From IMG/VR virus record IMGVR_UViG_3300032334_002666, positions 1-63,276 of that record: DNA of 63,276 bases; one strand, 5' to 3'. This stretch comes from a virus. Its lineage: Duplodnaviria; Caudoviricetes. A model generated the notes under the pieces. That model made no database searches. It had not been told where the DNA came from and saw nothing but the letters and a program-made list of their open reading frames with translations. Both the position numbers and the translations under genes were made by a program. This document shows, piece after piece, positions 10,636 through 18,852 of the stretch. Every line of letters starts with the position of its first letter. Position 1 is the first letter of the stretch.

Positions 10636-10909
10636 TCCCATTATCGAGCTTATACTCTTCCCAGTCAGTCTTATTCATTAAGTTCGGAAAGCGTTCACCT
10701 CCATTACACGATTCCTTAACATATAGTTTTCCTGGAATATCACAACCGCAATAGGAACAGTATCCAAATTTTACACAGTCGTCTTTACAAATCATTGCCC
10801 GATAGGCAACCTGTTCCTTTTCATGTTCAGGCAAGAGATACATCTTGTCACCAAGCATCTTGATGTTGCCCTCTATATAGTGCCCGATATTCTTTAGCGT
10901 AATCTTCAT
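10622..10909 (-). CDS. Cys-rich small metal-binding protein
   Basis: CKDDC, CSYCGC and ESC cysteines; ATGA-coupled to the upstream gene. Confidence 0.7.
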   Translation of the reverse strand: MKITLKNIGHYIEGNIKMLGDKMYLLPEHEKEQVAYRAMICKDDCVKFGYCSYCGCDIPGKLYVKESCNGGERFPNLMNKTDWEEYKLDNGISLE

Positions 10910-11667
10910 TTTCCCTTAAGTTCTTTTTCCTTTTTACTCAGCTTACGGGCCTCATAGCCTCCTCTAGAGTTATCTATTTGAGCTAGATCGTTTACCAATT
11001 GACAATATTCACTAAATACTCCAGGACTACCTAAATAGTACTCTATAGTGTCATCAGTTACCTCAATTGTATATTCTAGGAATTTTGCTTCTAATATACG
11101 AGCAGCAATAAGTAGAGAAGTATTTGCAAAGTGATTATTTTTAAATCCAGTAGAATACTTTTTTTCAAATTCAATTGAGATTCCCTGAAGATATTTTATG
11201 TAGTCAAGTCGAGCCTCTCCTTGAGAATGATGAATTACTAGGTCAGGTTGAGCAGTTTCAATTGCTCGATCAATCTCTTTTTGTGTACTTGAACCAGTAT
11301 AGAGGACTAGATAGTCTGAGCTTTCTCGAGCATGACTAAGAAGATTAGTGTCCTTAATACAGTCGGATGGAATTCCTACCATGTAGCCAAGTTTACCATT
11401 CGGTAACCTAGAATAGTAAGGTCGAGTAAGGTTGATTGCTCGGATTGAGGTCACTATTGGAAACCATGAGATGTTTCGTGCTCTACAAAAATTGTCGAGT
11501 TCATCGCACATATTAACATTGATCATCGCACATTTATAGAGATCAATTGCGATATAATCTACATGAGTACCATCAAATGACTCAATTAAATTTTGCACGA
11601 TCTTTAAATTATTAAGATCGTCAGTCGCCTTCCAATCAATTGATACACATAACTTAGCTTTTTCCAT
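10906..11667 (-). CDS. Divergent NeuB/SpsE (N-acetylneuraminate synthase-like) TIM-barrel protein
   Basis: LVLYTGSSTQKEIDRAIE, AARILEAKFLE and EYCQLVNDLAQIDNSRG align by eye with NeuB. The likely start is the ATG at 11667, because the track start overlaps a promoter. Confidence 0.6.
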   Translation of the reverse strand: MEKAKLCVSIDWKATDDLNNLKIVQNLIESFDGTHVDYIAIDLYKCAMINVNMCDELDNFCRARNISWFPIVTSIRAINLTRPYYSRLPNGKLGYMVGIPSDCIKDTNLLSHARESSDYLVLYTGSSTQKEIDRAIETAQPDLVIHHSQGEARLDYIKYLQGISIEFEKKYSTGFKNNHFANTSLLIAARILEAKFLEYTIEVTDDTIEYYLGSPGVFSEYCQLVNDLAQIDNSRGGYEARKLSKKEKELKGK

Positions 11668-11685
11668 AGAACCTTTTCTTTTTTT

Positions 11686-11714
11686 CTTATACAATATAAG
11701 TTAGATCAGGTTTA
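11686..11714 (-). promoter_or_regulatory. Class B promoter TAAACCTG-N15-TATAAG
   Basis: Variant of the shared motif, 18 nt before the ATG at 11667. Confidence 0.4.
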
Positions 11715-11730
11715 GAAAAAATCCCAATTA

Positions 11731-12741
11731 ATGGATCACTATGCAAACTTAGGAGTTTCTAAAACGGCGACTCATGAAGAAATTAAAAAAGCTTATCGAA
11801 AGCTTGCAGTAAAATATCATCCAGATAAGACAGATGGTGATAAAGATCTAGAGGAACTTTTTAAAAAGATCTCTGACTCGTATACTATATTAGGTGATGA
11901 GAAGAAGAGGGAAGAATACGATAAGAAGACATCAAATCCCTGGAGTTCAAGTGGATTTGGTGAGACTTCAAATGGATTTGGATTTGATGAATTTGTTAGA
12001 AATTTTTCAGATTCAGACTTTAGACGAAGGTCGAATGATCGGGCTAGAAAAACGCAAGGTCGGCCTCACCCAACTCCACCAAGTACAGATCATCTTAATA
12101 TCTATGTGCATGATAAATTAGAATTAAAGGATGCAATGTTAGGAAAAAAGATTGAATTAAGTTTTACCAGAGAAAAGATAAACTATACTGGTAAATCAGG
12201 TAGTGTGTTGACTTTTGATAAGATCAAAGAGGAAAGGGATATTATAATTACGATCGATCTTAGGAAAAAGTATATTATCATTAAACAGGATGGAGATGCA
12301 CATACTGTTTCAGCAAGAGTGGCAAAGCTCGGTAATGAAGAGGTAGTTAGTCAATTAAATATGTGGGGAGATCTTGAACAGGTTCCGCTAATTGGAGATC
12401 TACATGTTACATTAGAACTAATTATTCCAGAAAACGTAAAAATTGAAGGCACTAGAATAATTCAGGTAATTGATATCCCATTGAGTAGTGTAATATTCAG
12501 TGAAGGAAAAACAAAGATTGAAACAATCGTTAATAAGAAATACGAGGTGGATTTTAATAGTCCTCGATCTGCATCAAACTTAAAATTCTCAATACCAAAT
12601 GAAGGAATATGCAATGAACAGGGCAAGCTCGGAGAATATCTGGTCAAGTTTAACGTAGTATTACCTCAAATCGACGACATATCAGAAGAAGATTTCTTAA
12701 AATTAAAATCGGTATTGTCAGAATACGAAAATAAAACTTAA
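11731..12741 (+). CDS. dnaJ: DnaJ-family co-chaperone (J domain plus C-terminal domain, no zinc finger)
   Basis: [17 protein letters not shown] with the HPD motif, a G/F-rich linker and GDLHV/GEYLV C-terminal motifs. Confidence 0.9.
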   Translation: MDHYANLGVSKTATHEEIKKAYRKLAVKYHPDKTDGDKDLEELFKKISDSYTILGDEKKREEYDKKTSNPWSSSGFGETSNGFGFDEFVRNFSDSDFRRRSNDRARKTQGRPHPTPPSTDHLNIYVHDKLELKDAMLGKKIELSFTREKINYTGKSGSVLTFDKIKEERDIIITIDLRKKYIIIKQDGDAHTVSARVAKLGNEEVVSQLNMWGDLEQVPLIGDLHVTLELIIPENVKIEGTRIIQVIDIPLSSVIFSEGKTKIETIVNKKYEVDFNSPRSASNLKFSIPNEGICNEQGKLGEYLVKFNVVLPQIDDISEEDFLKLKSVLSEYENKT

Positions 12742-12761
12742 AAAGTTTCAAATAGCTCTTA

Positions 12762-12769
12762 ATAAATAA
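12762..12769 (+). promoter_or_regulatory. Class A (late) promoter ATAAATAA
   Basis: 18 nt before the TTG at 12788. Confidence 0.6.
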
Positions 12770-12787
12770 TAAAAAATATTTTGGGCT

Positions 12788-14761
12788 TTGACAAATCAAA
12801 ATTTAGCACAAATTAACTACGGCGACTGGGTACTAGTTGTTGAAAATGTTGGTGAGAAACTTCGAGTAAGTGAATCATCAGCGTCTGGTGCAGTACTTGA
12901 AGGAGTATGTGCAGTATTCGGTCAAATGAATAATAACCGACGAGTCTATGAAAAATCAGAATACCTTCCACACCTTTCCTATCTTCAAGATAAGATCTCA
13001 AAAAGACAATTAGTTGGAACAGTTGATCACCCTCAGCATTTTGAACCAAAATTAAGCGAAGCTTCACATATTATCGAATCTCTTACTTATGATGGCGGTG
13101 ACAAAGTATACATTAAAGTTCGACTATTAGAAAACACTCCTCATGGTAAATTAGCTAAAGCGTTGCTTGATGGAGGAGTTCAACTATCAGTTTCTTCAAG
13201 AGCAGCTGGTCAAGTTAGCGAGAGCGGTATGGTAAAATTACAGAGGATCTTTACTTATGACTTAGTAGGTGAACCTGGTTTTACTGAAGCAGTTTTACGT
13301 AAGACTGTTAGTGAATCCCTAAAGAGTGACTTTTCAATGATTACTGAGAGCTACAATACAATGAAGGAAAATTCATTTATTCAAAAATCTGGATTAATGG
13401 ATATTTCAGAAAGTTTAAACTTCGCAGATAATTTTAAAGTTTATAAGATAAATAAATTAGAAAATAGTTCAGGAATAAAATTCCAAGGGACTCTACAAGA
13501 ACAAAAAAATAATAACACGATGGCCGAGTTTGTAACAAAAGAACAAATGGATAAATACTCAGAAGTTCTTAAAACACAATTCAATGGGATTAAAAAAGAA
13601 CTTAAGAATCACAAGTCTGTTTTAGAGTCTGCTCAATCAAACGGATCTAGTAATTCTGAGCTAGTTGGATTTGTTAATTATTTAGCAGAATCATTAGAGG
13701 GAGTTATTAATTTTACTGATTATCTTTCTCATAAATTAAATGAATCAGTTAAATATACAGAACATGTATCTGAAACAGTTAATAATTCAATTGAATACTC
13801 TTCTTATTTAGGAGAAAAATTGAATCAGTCAGTTAATTATCAAGACTATATTTCAGAAAAATTAAACGAGTCTATTAATTATACTGAATACGTTAAAGAA
13901 AACGTAAACAACTCTATTAAATATCAAAATTATTTGGCTGAAGAGCTTGATAAAGGATTACAATATGTTGAATACGTTGCTGAAGGAGCTAATCGTTCAA
14001 TTGAATTTGGAGAATATCTTTCAGAAAACATTAACTTAAATCGTGATTATTCTCAGTATCTAGCTGAAACAGTCGGTAAAACAATCGGTTACGCTGAATA
14101 TCTTGCTGAATCTTTAGGAGAAGGAGCAACATTAGGTAAAAGAAATATCTTAGGAGGAGTTTCTAAATTAGATGAATCTAACTCTATTGATAACTTAATT
14201 TCTAAAGTTGACCAAGTAATTACTGAGGTAAATGATAAATCTTCTAAAGCAGTTCTTGAAAGTAAATATCCTTTCTTAAAGGTTATGAACGAAGCTAACA
14301 AGAAAAGTTTCTTTGGATTAGAGTCAAACACTAAACAAGCAATTGTTGAAGCACTTAATGGTTCAGTATGGTTTAACGAAAACGATATCGTTGGAATCAT
14401 GGAAGCAGTAGTAAATCACAAAGAGCAAAATATCCCTACATATATCCGATTCATGCCAGCAGAATACAAACCTACTTGGAATGAAATGAATGAGAGTGAA
14501 AAAAGTAAAGTTCATGCTAAAGCACAACTTTATAATGTAAACACTCCATACCAAGTTAAATCATTCTGGGATGATATTGATATGAGAGGTATCAATGAAA
14601 GAATTGAAATTCAAAAACATAATACTAAAAAAATGCAACAACTCAACGAAAGCCAAAGTACAGAAGGCCTAGTACCTGTTGAACAGGTTGTTGAGATGCA
14701 GAGAGGTTACTCTCAAGGTTACCTAGAGACTATGCTGAGAAGCGCAAACTCTAGATTGTAA
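12788..14761 (+). CDS. Prohead protease (T4 gp21-like) fused to a scaffold/core domain
   Basis: NNNRRVY, GTVDHP, SVSSRAAG and YDLVGEPGF are gp21 motifs; a coiled-coil repeat C-terminus; directly upstream of the major capsid gene. Confidence 0.88.
   Translation: MTNQNLAQINYGDWVLVVENVGEKLRVSESSASGAVLEGVCAVFGQMNNNRRVYEKSEYLPHLSYLQDKISKRQLVGTVDHPQHFEPKLSEASHIIESLTYDGGDKVYIKVRLLENTPHGKLAKALLDGGVQLSVSSRAAGQVSESGMVKLQRIFTYDLVGEPGFTEAVLRKTVSESLKSDFSMITESYNTMKENSFIQKSGLMDISESLNFADNFKVYKINKLENSSGIKFQGTLQEQKNNNTMAEFVTKEQMDKYSEVLKTQFNGIKKELKNHKSVLESAQSNGSSNSELVGFVNYLAESLEGVINFTDYLSHKLNESVKYTEHVSETVNNSIEYSSYLGEKLNQSVNYQDYISEKLNESINYTEYVKENVNNSIKYQNYLAEELDKGLQYVEYVAEGANRSIEFGEYLSENINLNRDYSQYLAETVGKTIGYAEYLAESLGEGATLGKRNILGGVSKLDESNSIDNLISKVDQVITEVNDKSSKAVLESKYPFLKVMNEANKKSFFGLESNTKQAIVEALNGSVWFNENDIVGIMEAVVNHKEQNIPTYIRFMPAEYKPTWNEMNESEKSKVHAKAQLYNVNTPYQVKSFWDDIDMRGINERIEIQKHNTKKMQQLNESQSTEGLVPVEQVVEMQRGYSQGYLETMLRSANSRL
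13448..13455 (+). promoter_or_regulatory. Internal class A (late) promoter within the protease gene
   Basis: GATAAATAA upstream of an in-frame ATG at 13520. Confidence 0.45.
13520..14761 (+). CDS. Putative nested in-frame scaffold protein (MAEFVTKEQ...)
   Basis: In-frame ATG (codon 245) preceded by the A-rich leader ACAAAAAAATAATAACACG and an internal promoter motif. Confidence 0.5.
   Translation: MAEFVTKEQMDKYSEVLKTQFNGIKKELKNHKSVLESAQSNGSSNSELVGFVNYLAESLEGVINFTDYLSHKLNESVKYTEHVSETVNNSIEYSSYLGEKLNQSVNYQDYISEKLNESINYTEYVKENVNNSIKYQNYLAEELDKGLQYVEYVAEGANRSIEFGEYLSENINLNRDYSQYLAETVGKTIGYAEYLAESLGEGATLGKRNILGGVSKLDESNSIDNLISKVDQVITEVNDKSSKAVLESKYPFLKVMNEANKKSFFGLESNTKQAIVEALNGSVWFNENDIVGIMEAVVNHKEQNIPTYIRFMPAEYKPTWNEMNESEKSKVHAKAQLYNVNTPYQVKSFWDDIDMRGINERIEIQKHNTKKMQQLNESQSTEGLVPVEQVVEMQRGYSQGYLETMLRSANSRL
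13678..14116 (+). repeat. About ten tandem 14-aa (42-nt) repeats in the scaffold domain
   Basis: YLAESLEGVINFTD / YLSHKLNESVKYTE / YLGEKLNQSVNYQD / YISEKLNESINYTE ... Confidence 0.8.
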
Positions 14762-14787
14762 CAAAAACTAAAAAAACATTTTAACAA

Positions 14788-16428
14788 ATGGCACGTACTA
14801 AAATTTTTAAGCGTTCAAGCGATGCTCGCTTAGCGAACACATGGCAGCCGATTTTAGAAGGTTACGGTGCTGATGTTGCAAAGACTCCATGGTTAGCTGA
14901 GTACGCTCACAACCACGCTATCTTTGATAACACTACACCAATCTTTGAAAACACTGCTCCAGGTGTATTCTTCCAAACTCCAGGTTCTCTTGGTGGTTTT
15001 ATGGGAAATCCATCAGCTCCAACATCAGCAATGACTCCGTTCACTGCAGGTGCTAAGAATTCTTTCTCAGCTGATGCTAACGGTTCTGGTGATAAATTTC
15101 CATCACTTTTACCAGTTGCTATTCAAGTAGCAGCAAAAACTATTGGTTTTGATCTAGTTCCAGTTATCCCTATGGATTCTCCAGTTGGATTCCTTCCTTA
15201 CTTGGATTATTTATATGCAGGTGGTAGAACTGGTACAGGCGAGTTTGATCCTTACTTAGTTAAAATTGAAGGTGTTACTTCAGCATCATTCAACCCAACA
15301 CCAGCTCCAGGTGATACTGCAACAGTTTCTGGATCAGGTGCAGGAGATTTTGTTCTTCACTTCGTAGGATACTCTCGTGTAGACGGTCAATTGATTCTTA
15401 AAGTAGTATCTGATACAGGTACAAATACTTTATCCACTTCACTTACAGGTAACACTATTACTATTAATGGTGATACTTCTGGTAACGTAACTGGAGTTTC
15501 TCTAGTTTCTGCATTAGAAAACCATATTTCTGGTTTTACTTCAGTATCTGATGCTGATTATGCAACTACTCCATTCAATGGTTCTTACCTTCCTTCTACA
15601 GGAAACGTACCAGGATCAATGAGAAGAGAAGAAGGTGAAAACTCTAAATTCCGTCAAATGGGATTAAGAATGTTCACTAAATTTGTTGAAGCTGAAACTG
15701 ATCAAGTATCAATTTCTGCAACAGTTGAGCAAATCCAAGACTTGAACAGAGTTTGGAATTATGATGTTATCTCTATGTTGGAAAACGTAGCAGTTAATGA
15801 CTTAGCTCAATCAATCAACAAAAGATTAGTTGATAAAGTATTACAACTTGCTGATGTTCACTCTACAGAAGTTAACTTAGTTGAAGGTACAGGTATTACT
15901 ACTCTTGACCTGACTGCTGGTGGATTTGATAACACTTCTACATTACAAAGAAGATTGGTTACTAAAGTTCTTGAAATGGCAAACTTGATTTACCATAGAG
16001 GACGTTTTGGAGCTGGTACTTTCTTAGTAACTAACGGACGTGTTGCTTCTGCAATGGCTGATGTTGCTGGTTACTCAATCGCACAAGTTCCAACTGATAT
16101 GGGTGGAGTTGCAGGTAACCTTTACCCAGCTGGTAAAGTTTACGGAGTACAAGTTTACGTTGATCCTAACATGGCTTGGGGAGACTCAAGAATCATGATT
16201 GGACGTAAAGGTGCTGACGAAGAACCGGGTGTTAAATTCATGCCATACATCATGGCTGAATCTCTTCAGACTATCTCTGAAGGTACATTCTCTCCAAAAA
16301 TCGGTATGAAATCAAGATACGCGATTACTGAAGCAGGATGGCATCCTGAAACTCAATACATTAGTATTGATGTTACTGGTGCTGCTCTTGGAGTTCTTAC
16401 AGGTTCTACTGCGTTAGTAAGTATCTAA
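14788..16428 (+). CDS. Major capsid protein (T4 gp23-like)
   Basis: DLVPVIPMDSPVG, TVEQIQDL, VYVDPN, FMPY and PKIGMKSRY are gp23 motifs; strong codon bias. Confidence 0.93.
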   Translation: MARTKIFKRSSDARLANTWQPILEGYGADVAKTPWLAEYAHNHAIFDNTTPIFENTAPGVFFQTPGSLGGFMGNPSAPTSAMTPFTAGAKNSFSADANGSGDKFPSLLPVAIQVAAKTIGFDLVPVIPMDSPVGFLPYLDYLYAGGRTGTGEFDPYLVKIEGVTSASFNPTPAPGDTATVSGSGAGDFVLHFVGYSRVDGQLILKVVSDTGTNTLSTSLTGNTITINGDTSGNVTGVSLVSALENHISGFTSVSDADYATTPFNGSYLPSTGNVPGSMRREEGENSKFRQMGLRMFTKFVEAETDQVSISATVEQIQDLNRVWNYDVISMLENVAVNDLAQSINKRLVDKVLQLADVHSTEVNLVEGTGITTLDLTAGGFDNTSTLQRRLVTKVLEMANLIYHRGRFGAGTFLVTNGRVASAMADVAGYSIAQVPTDMGGVAGNLYPAGKVYGVQVYVDPNMAWGDSRIMIGRKGADEEPGVKFMPYIMAESLQTISEGTFSPKIGMKSRYAITEAGWHPETQYISIDVTGAALGVLTGSTALVSI

Positions 16429-16452
16429 TCATATTTACTTTAGATAAATTAA

Positions 16453-16480
16453 AGAGGATTCTTTCGAATCCTCTTTTTTT
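16453..16480 (+). terminator. Rho-independent terminator after the capsid gene
   Basis: AGAGGATTC-TTTC-GAATCCTCT followed by a T run. Confidence 0.85.
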
Positions 16481-16490
16481 GTTTATAGAG

Positions 16491-16498
16491 ATAAATAA
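16491..16498 (+). promoter_or_regulatory. Class A (late) promoter ATAAATAA
   Basis: 19 nt before the ATG at 16518. Confidence 0.6.
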
Positions 16499-16517
16499 TA
16501 AAAAACTTATAGAAATT

Positions 16518-16886
16518 ATGACAAGTTTAATGTCAACATTCTTAGGAATCCAATCTCAATTTAAAGTGTTTCATTGGCAGACACAATCTTATGCTAAACA
16601 TCAAGCATATGGTGGAATCTATGATACTCTTAGCGACTTGTCTGACGAGTTTATGGAAACATATATGGGTAAATATGGTAGAGTTGCTCTAGAAGGAGAA
16701 ACTGATGCTATCCTATTAGGAAATATTGGAGAAGTTAACATAGAGGAATTCTTGGACACTATTGTAGAATTCTTATTATCTTTTAATCATAAACTAGATG
16801 GTAACAAGGACAGTGATCTCCTAAACATCAGAGATGAGATGTTAGGTGCTATTAATAAACTTAAATATTTACTAACTTTAAAATGA
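16518..16886 (+). CDS. Dps/ferritin-like four-helix protein
   Basis: FHWQT..YAKHQAYG.IYD.L..L.DEFME.YMG ferroxidase-like pattern; start placed at ATG 16518, after the promoter. Confidence 0.75.
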   Translation: MTSLMSTFLGIQSQFKVFHWQTQSYAKHQAYGGIYDTLSDLSDEFMETYMGKYGRVALEGETDAILLGNIGEVNIEEFLDTIVEFLLSFNHKLDGNKDSDLLNIRDEMLGAINKLKYLLTLK

Positions 16887-16889
16887 CTT

Positions 16890-17411
16890 TTGAGTATGTC
16901 GTTTATTAATTGGGGACATGAGACTCCTGAACAAAAGGAAATTAGAAGAAGAATGGAAGATGAGATGATGTTTGAACAGGCATCTTATAATGCTGCGGTA
17001 GCCGCGGTAGCTGCCGCCGGCTCAGGAGGAAATACTTTATTCTTAGTTCCACCACCTGAACCTGGAGAAACTTTATATTATATCAGACTGCTTGATTTTG
17101 CACATGGATTAGTATTTATGTTAGACGGATTTTTCTATGTGAATGATTCTACTCATATCGTACAGAGATTTTATGATTTGGCCAACCCAACCGTTGATAT
17201 TCTATCAACCGGCCACTCTGGAGGCCCTACATATCTCTACTATCCTGGATGGTTGTGTTTTGATGAAGGAGGATGTAATATAACTAGTCTTCCATATGCA
17301 TTCGGTTCAACTATAGGAGATTATAACATGTTTGGTAGTACTTCGTCTAGTAACGGATTAGTAGGTGGATTTGGTCCAGTTACTTATGTCTTCAGCACTA
17401 CTCCATTTTAA
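16890..17411 (+). CDS. Hypothetical protein (charged N-terminal helix, Ala/Gly linker, beta-rich C-terminal domain)
   Basis: 173-aa ORF ending before a terminator. Confidence 0.65.
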   Translation: MSMSFINWGHETPEQKEIRRRMEDEMMFEQASYNAAVAAVAAAGSGGNTLFLVPPPEPGETLYYIRLLDFAHGLVFMLDGFFYVNDSTHIVQRFYDLANPTVDILSTGHSGGPTYLYYPGWLCFDEGGCNITSLPYAFGSTIGDYNMFGSTSSSNGLVGGFGPVTYVFSTTPF

Positions 17412-17434
17412 TCCATAAGATAATTATAGACAAG

Positions 17435-17461
17435 AAAAGGATCCCAGTAGGATCCTTTTTT
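17435..17461. terminator. Bidirectional terminator
   Basis: AAAAGGATCC-CAGTA-GGATCCTTTTTT between convergent units. Confidence 0.85.
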
Positions 17462-17465
17462 AGTA

Positions 17466-17650
17466 TGGTGGGCTCGCCTAGAGGAGAAAGTAAAATTAGC
17501 TACAGAATTTTGAAGAAATAATGTTTGCGTTTTTGAGCTCTTAAATCAGGAATCTTGAGTTCACTATCACGATCGTACCATCCTAGTTCTGAGTAATGAC
17601 TTTGCGGGTCAGATACAGCATATAATACTCTGCCCCATCTAGGGTCGCCC
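17466..17650 (-). ncRNA. Candidate structured RNA (~185 nt) with a long closing helix and a 3' ACCA end
   Basis: 5' GGGC-GAC-CCTAGA-T-GGGG-C-AGAGTA...GCTGTA pairs with 3' TGTAGC...TACTTT-CTCC-TCTAGG-CGA-GCCC-ACCA. It lies between the DIP1984-like gene and a terminator. Confidence 0.55.
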
Positions 17651-17657
17651 ATGTATT

Positions 17658-18086
17658 TTAAATGCTAGTAGTATGATTAAATTGATCTAGTTTTTCTTGA
17701 AGTTTTTCAATATTTTCTTCAAGCTCTTCGATTTTTGTATCTTGCCACATAATATTTAATTCAGCAACCATTTGAGAGGTTGTGCTTTCATATCGATCAC
17801 GATAAACACCGTGTGTCGTATTTACTACTTTTACTCGTTGTACAAAAGTTTTCATCTCTGAAAGAGCAAAGATATCGCGTCTTACTGGAGAAGATGCTTC
17901 ATGAATCCGTGTTTTTAGGTCGACTAATTGGTCAACTTCAGTTTGTACTTGTCCAAAAAGTTCAGTTGAACTATATGGTCTTTCAGATCCCTCTTGAATA
18001 GAGTTATATTTCTGAATCTTGTCCCAAAGCTTTTGGATCTTAGCTACTTTTTTGTTCTTTTCTTTTAGTGCTTGTGCGATTGTCAT
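17658..18086 (-). CDS. DIP1984-like coiled-coil protein
   Basis: MTIAQALKEKNK...NSIQEG.ERP...LKTRIHEA...LQEKLDQFNHTT pattern; likely start at ATG 18086. Confidence 0.7.
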   Translation of the reverse strand: MTIAQALKEKNKKVAKIQKLWDKIQKYNSIQEGSERPYSSTELFGQVQTEVDQLVDLKTRIHEASSPVRRDIFALSEMKTFVQRVKVVNTTHGVYRDRYESTTSQMVAELNIMWQDTKIEELEENIEKLQEKLDQFNHTTSI

Positions 18087-18339
18087 ATTGTGGGTTTTTA
18101 TTTTTTTTAGATACTCTCTTTCGGTATTTTTCCAAGTCATTGACTAGAACAACAGTCGGTTTGAATCCATCATAAATAGGATCATCTAGCCATGATTGAT
18201 ATATCAACTGACCAATTGAATCATTTGAAATAAATATTTTTTTTCTGTCAGCTGTCGCAACAACATAATCGTTTGATATTACAGTTTGAGAAAAAGCCGG
18301 AGCTCCAATCAATAGTAAGGGAAATAATAATTTTTTCAT
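18040..18339 (-). CDS. Small secreted protein
   Basis: Signal peptide MKKLLFPLLLIGAPAFS-Q. Confidence 0.65.
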   Translation of the reverse strand: MKKLLFPLLLIGAPAFSQTVISNDYVVATADRKKIFISNDSIGQLIYQSWLDDPIYDGFKPTVVLVNDLEKYRKRVSKKNKNPQYDNRTSTKRKEQKSS

Positions 18340-18344
18340 GATTT

Positions 18345-18575
18345 TTATACTATTACTTCATGATATGGTTTCCACTCAATTTTATCTTCTTCACCTCTAA
18401 AGGCAAAAACTATCTCGCCAGACTCATCTTTGCCGATTGCAATAAAGCCATATCCTTCACAAATATATGATGTACAGTGTTCATTAGGTACGTCTTTGGC
18501 AATCTCAAGTATATCAAAATCTCCTGGAAGATCTTGTAAATGAAGCTCACAAAATTGTTTTGAAAATTCGGCCAT
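18345..18575 (-). CDS. Hypothetical protein
   Basis: 76-aa ORF, TAATG-coupled to the upstream gene. Confidence 0.7.
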   Translation of the reverse strand: MAEFSKQFCELHLQDLPGDFDILEIAKDVPNEHCTSYICEGYGFIAIGKDESGEIVFAFRGEEDKIEWKPYHEVIV

Positions 18576-18841
18576 TATTTTTTAGTTTCAACAATATTAT
18601 AAGTTCCTTCCATTACACCAAAACTTGACTCTTCATGGAATTTATAGGTTTCGGCAACGTCAGTTGAATTCATAGGACGAGTCAAGTACCAAATCTCAGT
18701 CTCTTTCCAAGTGATATTAACAAGCTTACGACCTGCTGGAAGATTGATAGTTCCTTCACCACCAAAGTTTTTTACTCGTGAGTTTTCAGTACATGCAGCA
18801 AGTGAAATTGCAAGCAGGATAAAAATAGATATTCTTTTCAT
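18575..18841 (-). CDS. Small lipoprotein
   Basis: Lipobox LAAC after a hydrophobic stretch. Confidence 0.75.
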   Translation of the reverse strand: MKRISIFILLAISLAACTENSRVKNFGGEGTINLPAGRKLVNITWKETEIWYLTRPMNSTDVAETYKFHEESSFGVMEGTYNIVETKK

Positions 18842-18852
18842 TATTGTGATTT

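Noticed and set aside
17466-17650. Calling the ACCA-ending element a tRNA or tmRNA
   Set aside because: It has no TTCRA T-arm next to the 3' stem, no 7-bp acceptor stem, and is too short for tmRNA. It is kept as an unclassified RNA candidate.
17500-17652. 50-aa ORF MGDPRWGRVLYAVS... as a confident CDS
   Set aside because: It has no recognisable motif, and the extensive end-to-end pairing explains the region better. It is not excluded.
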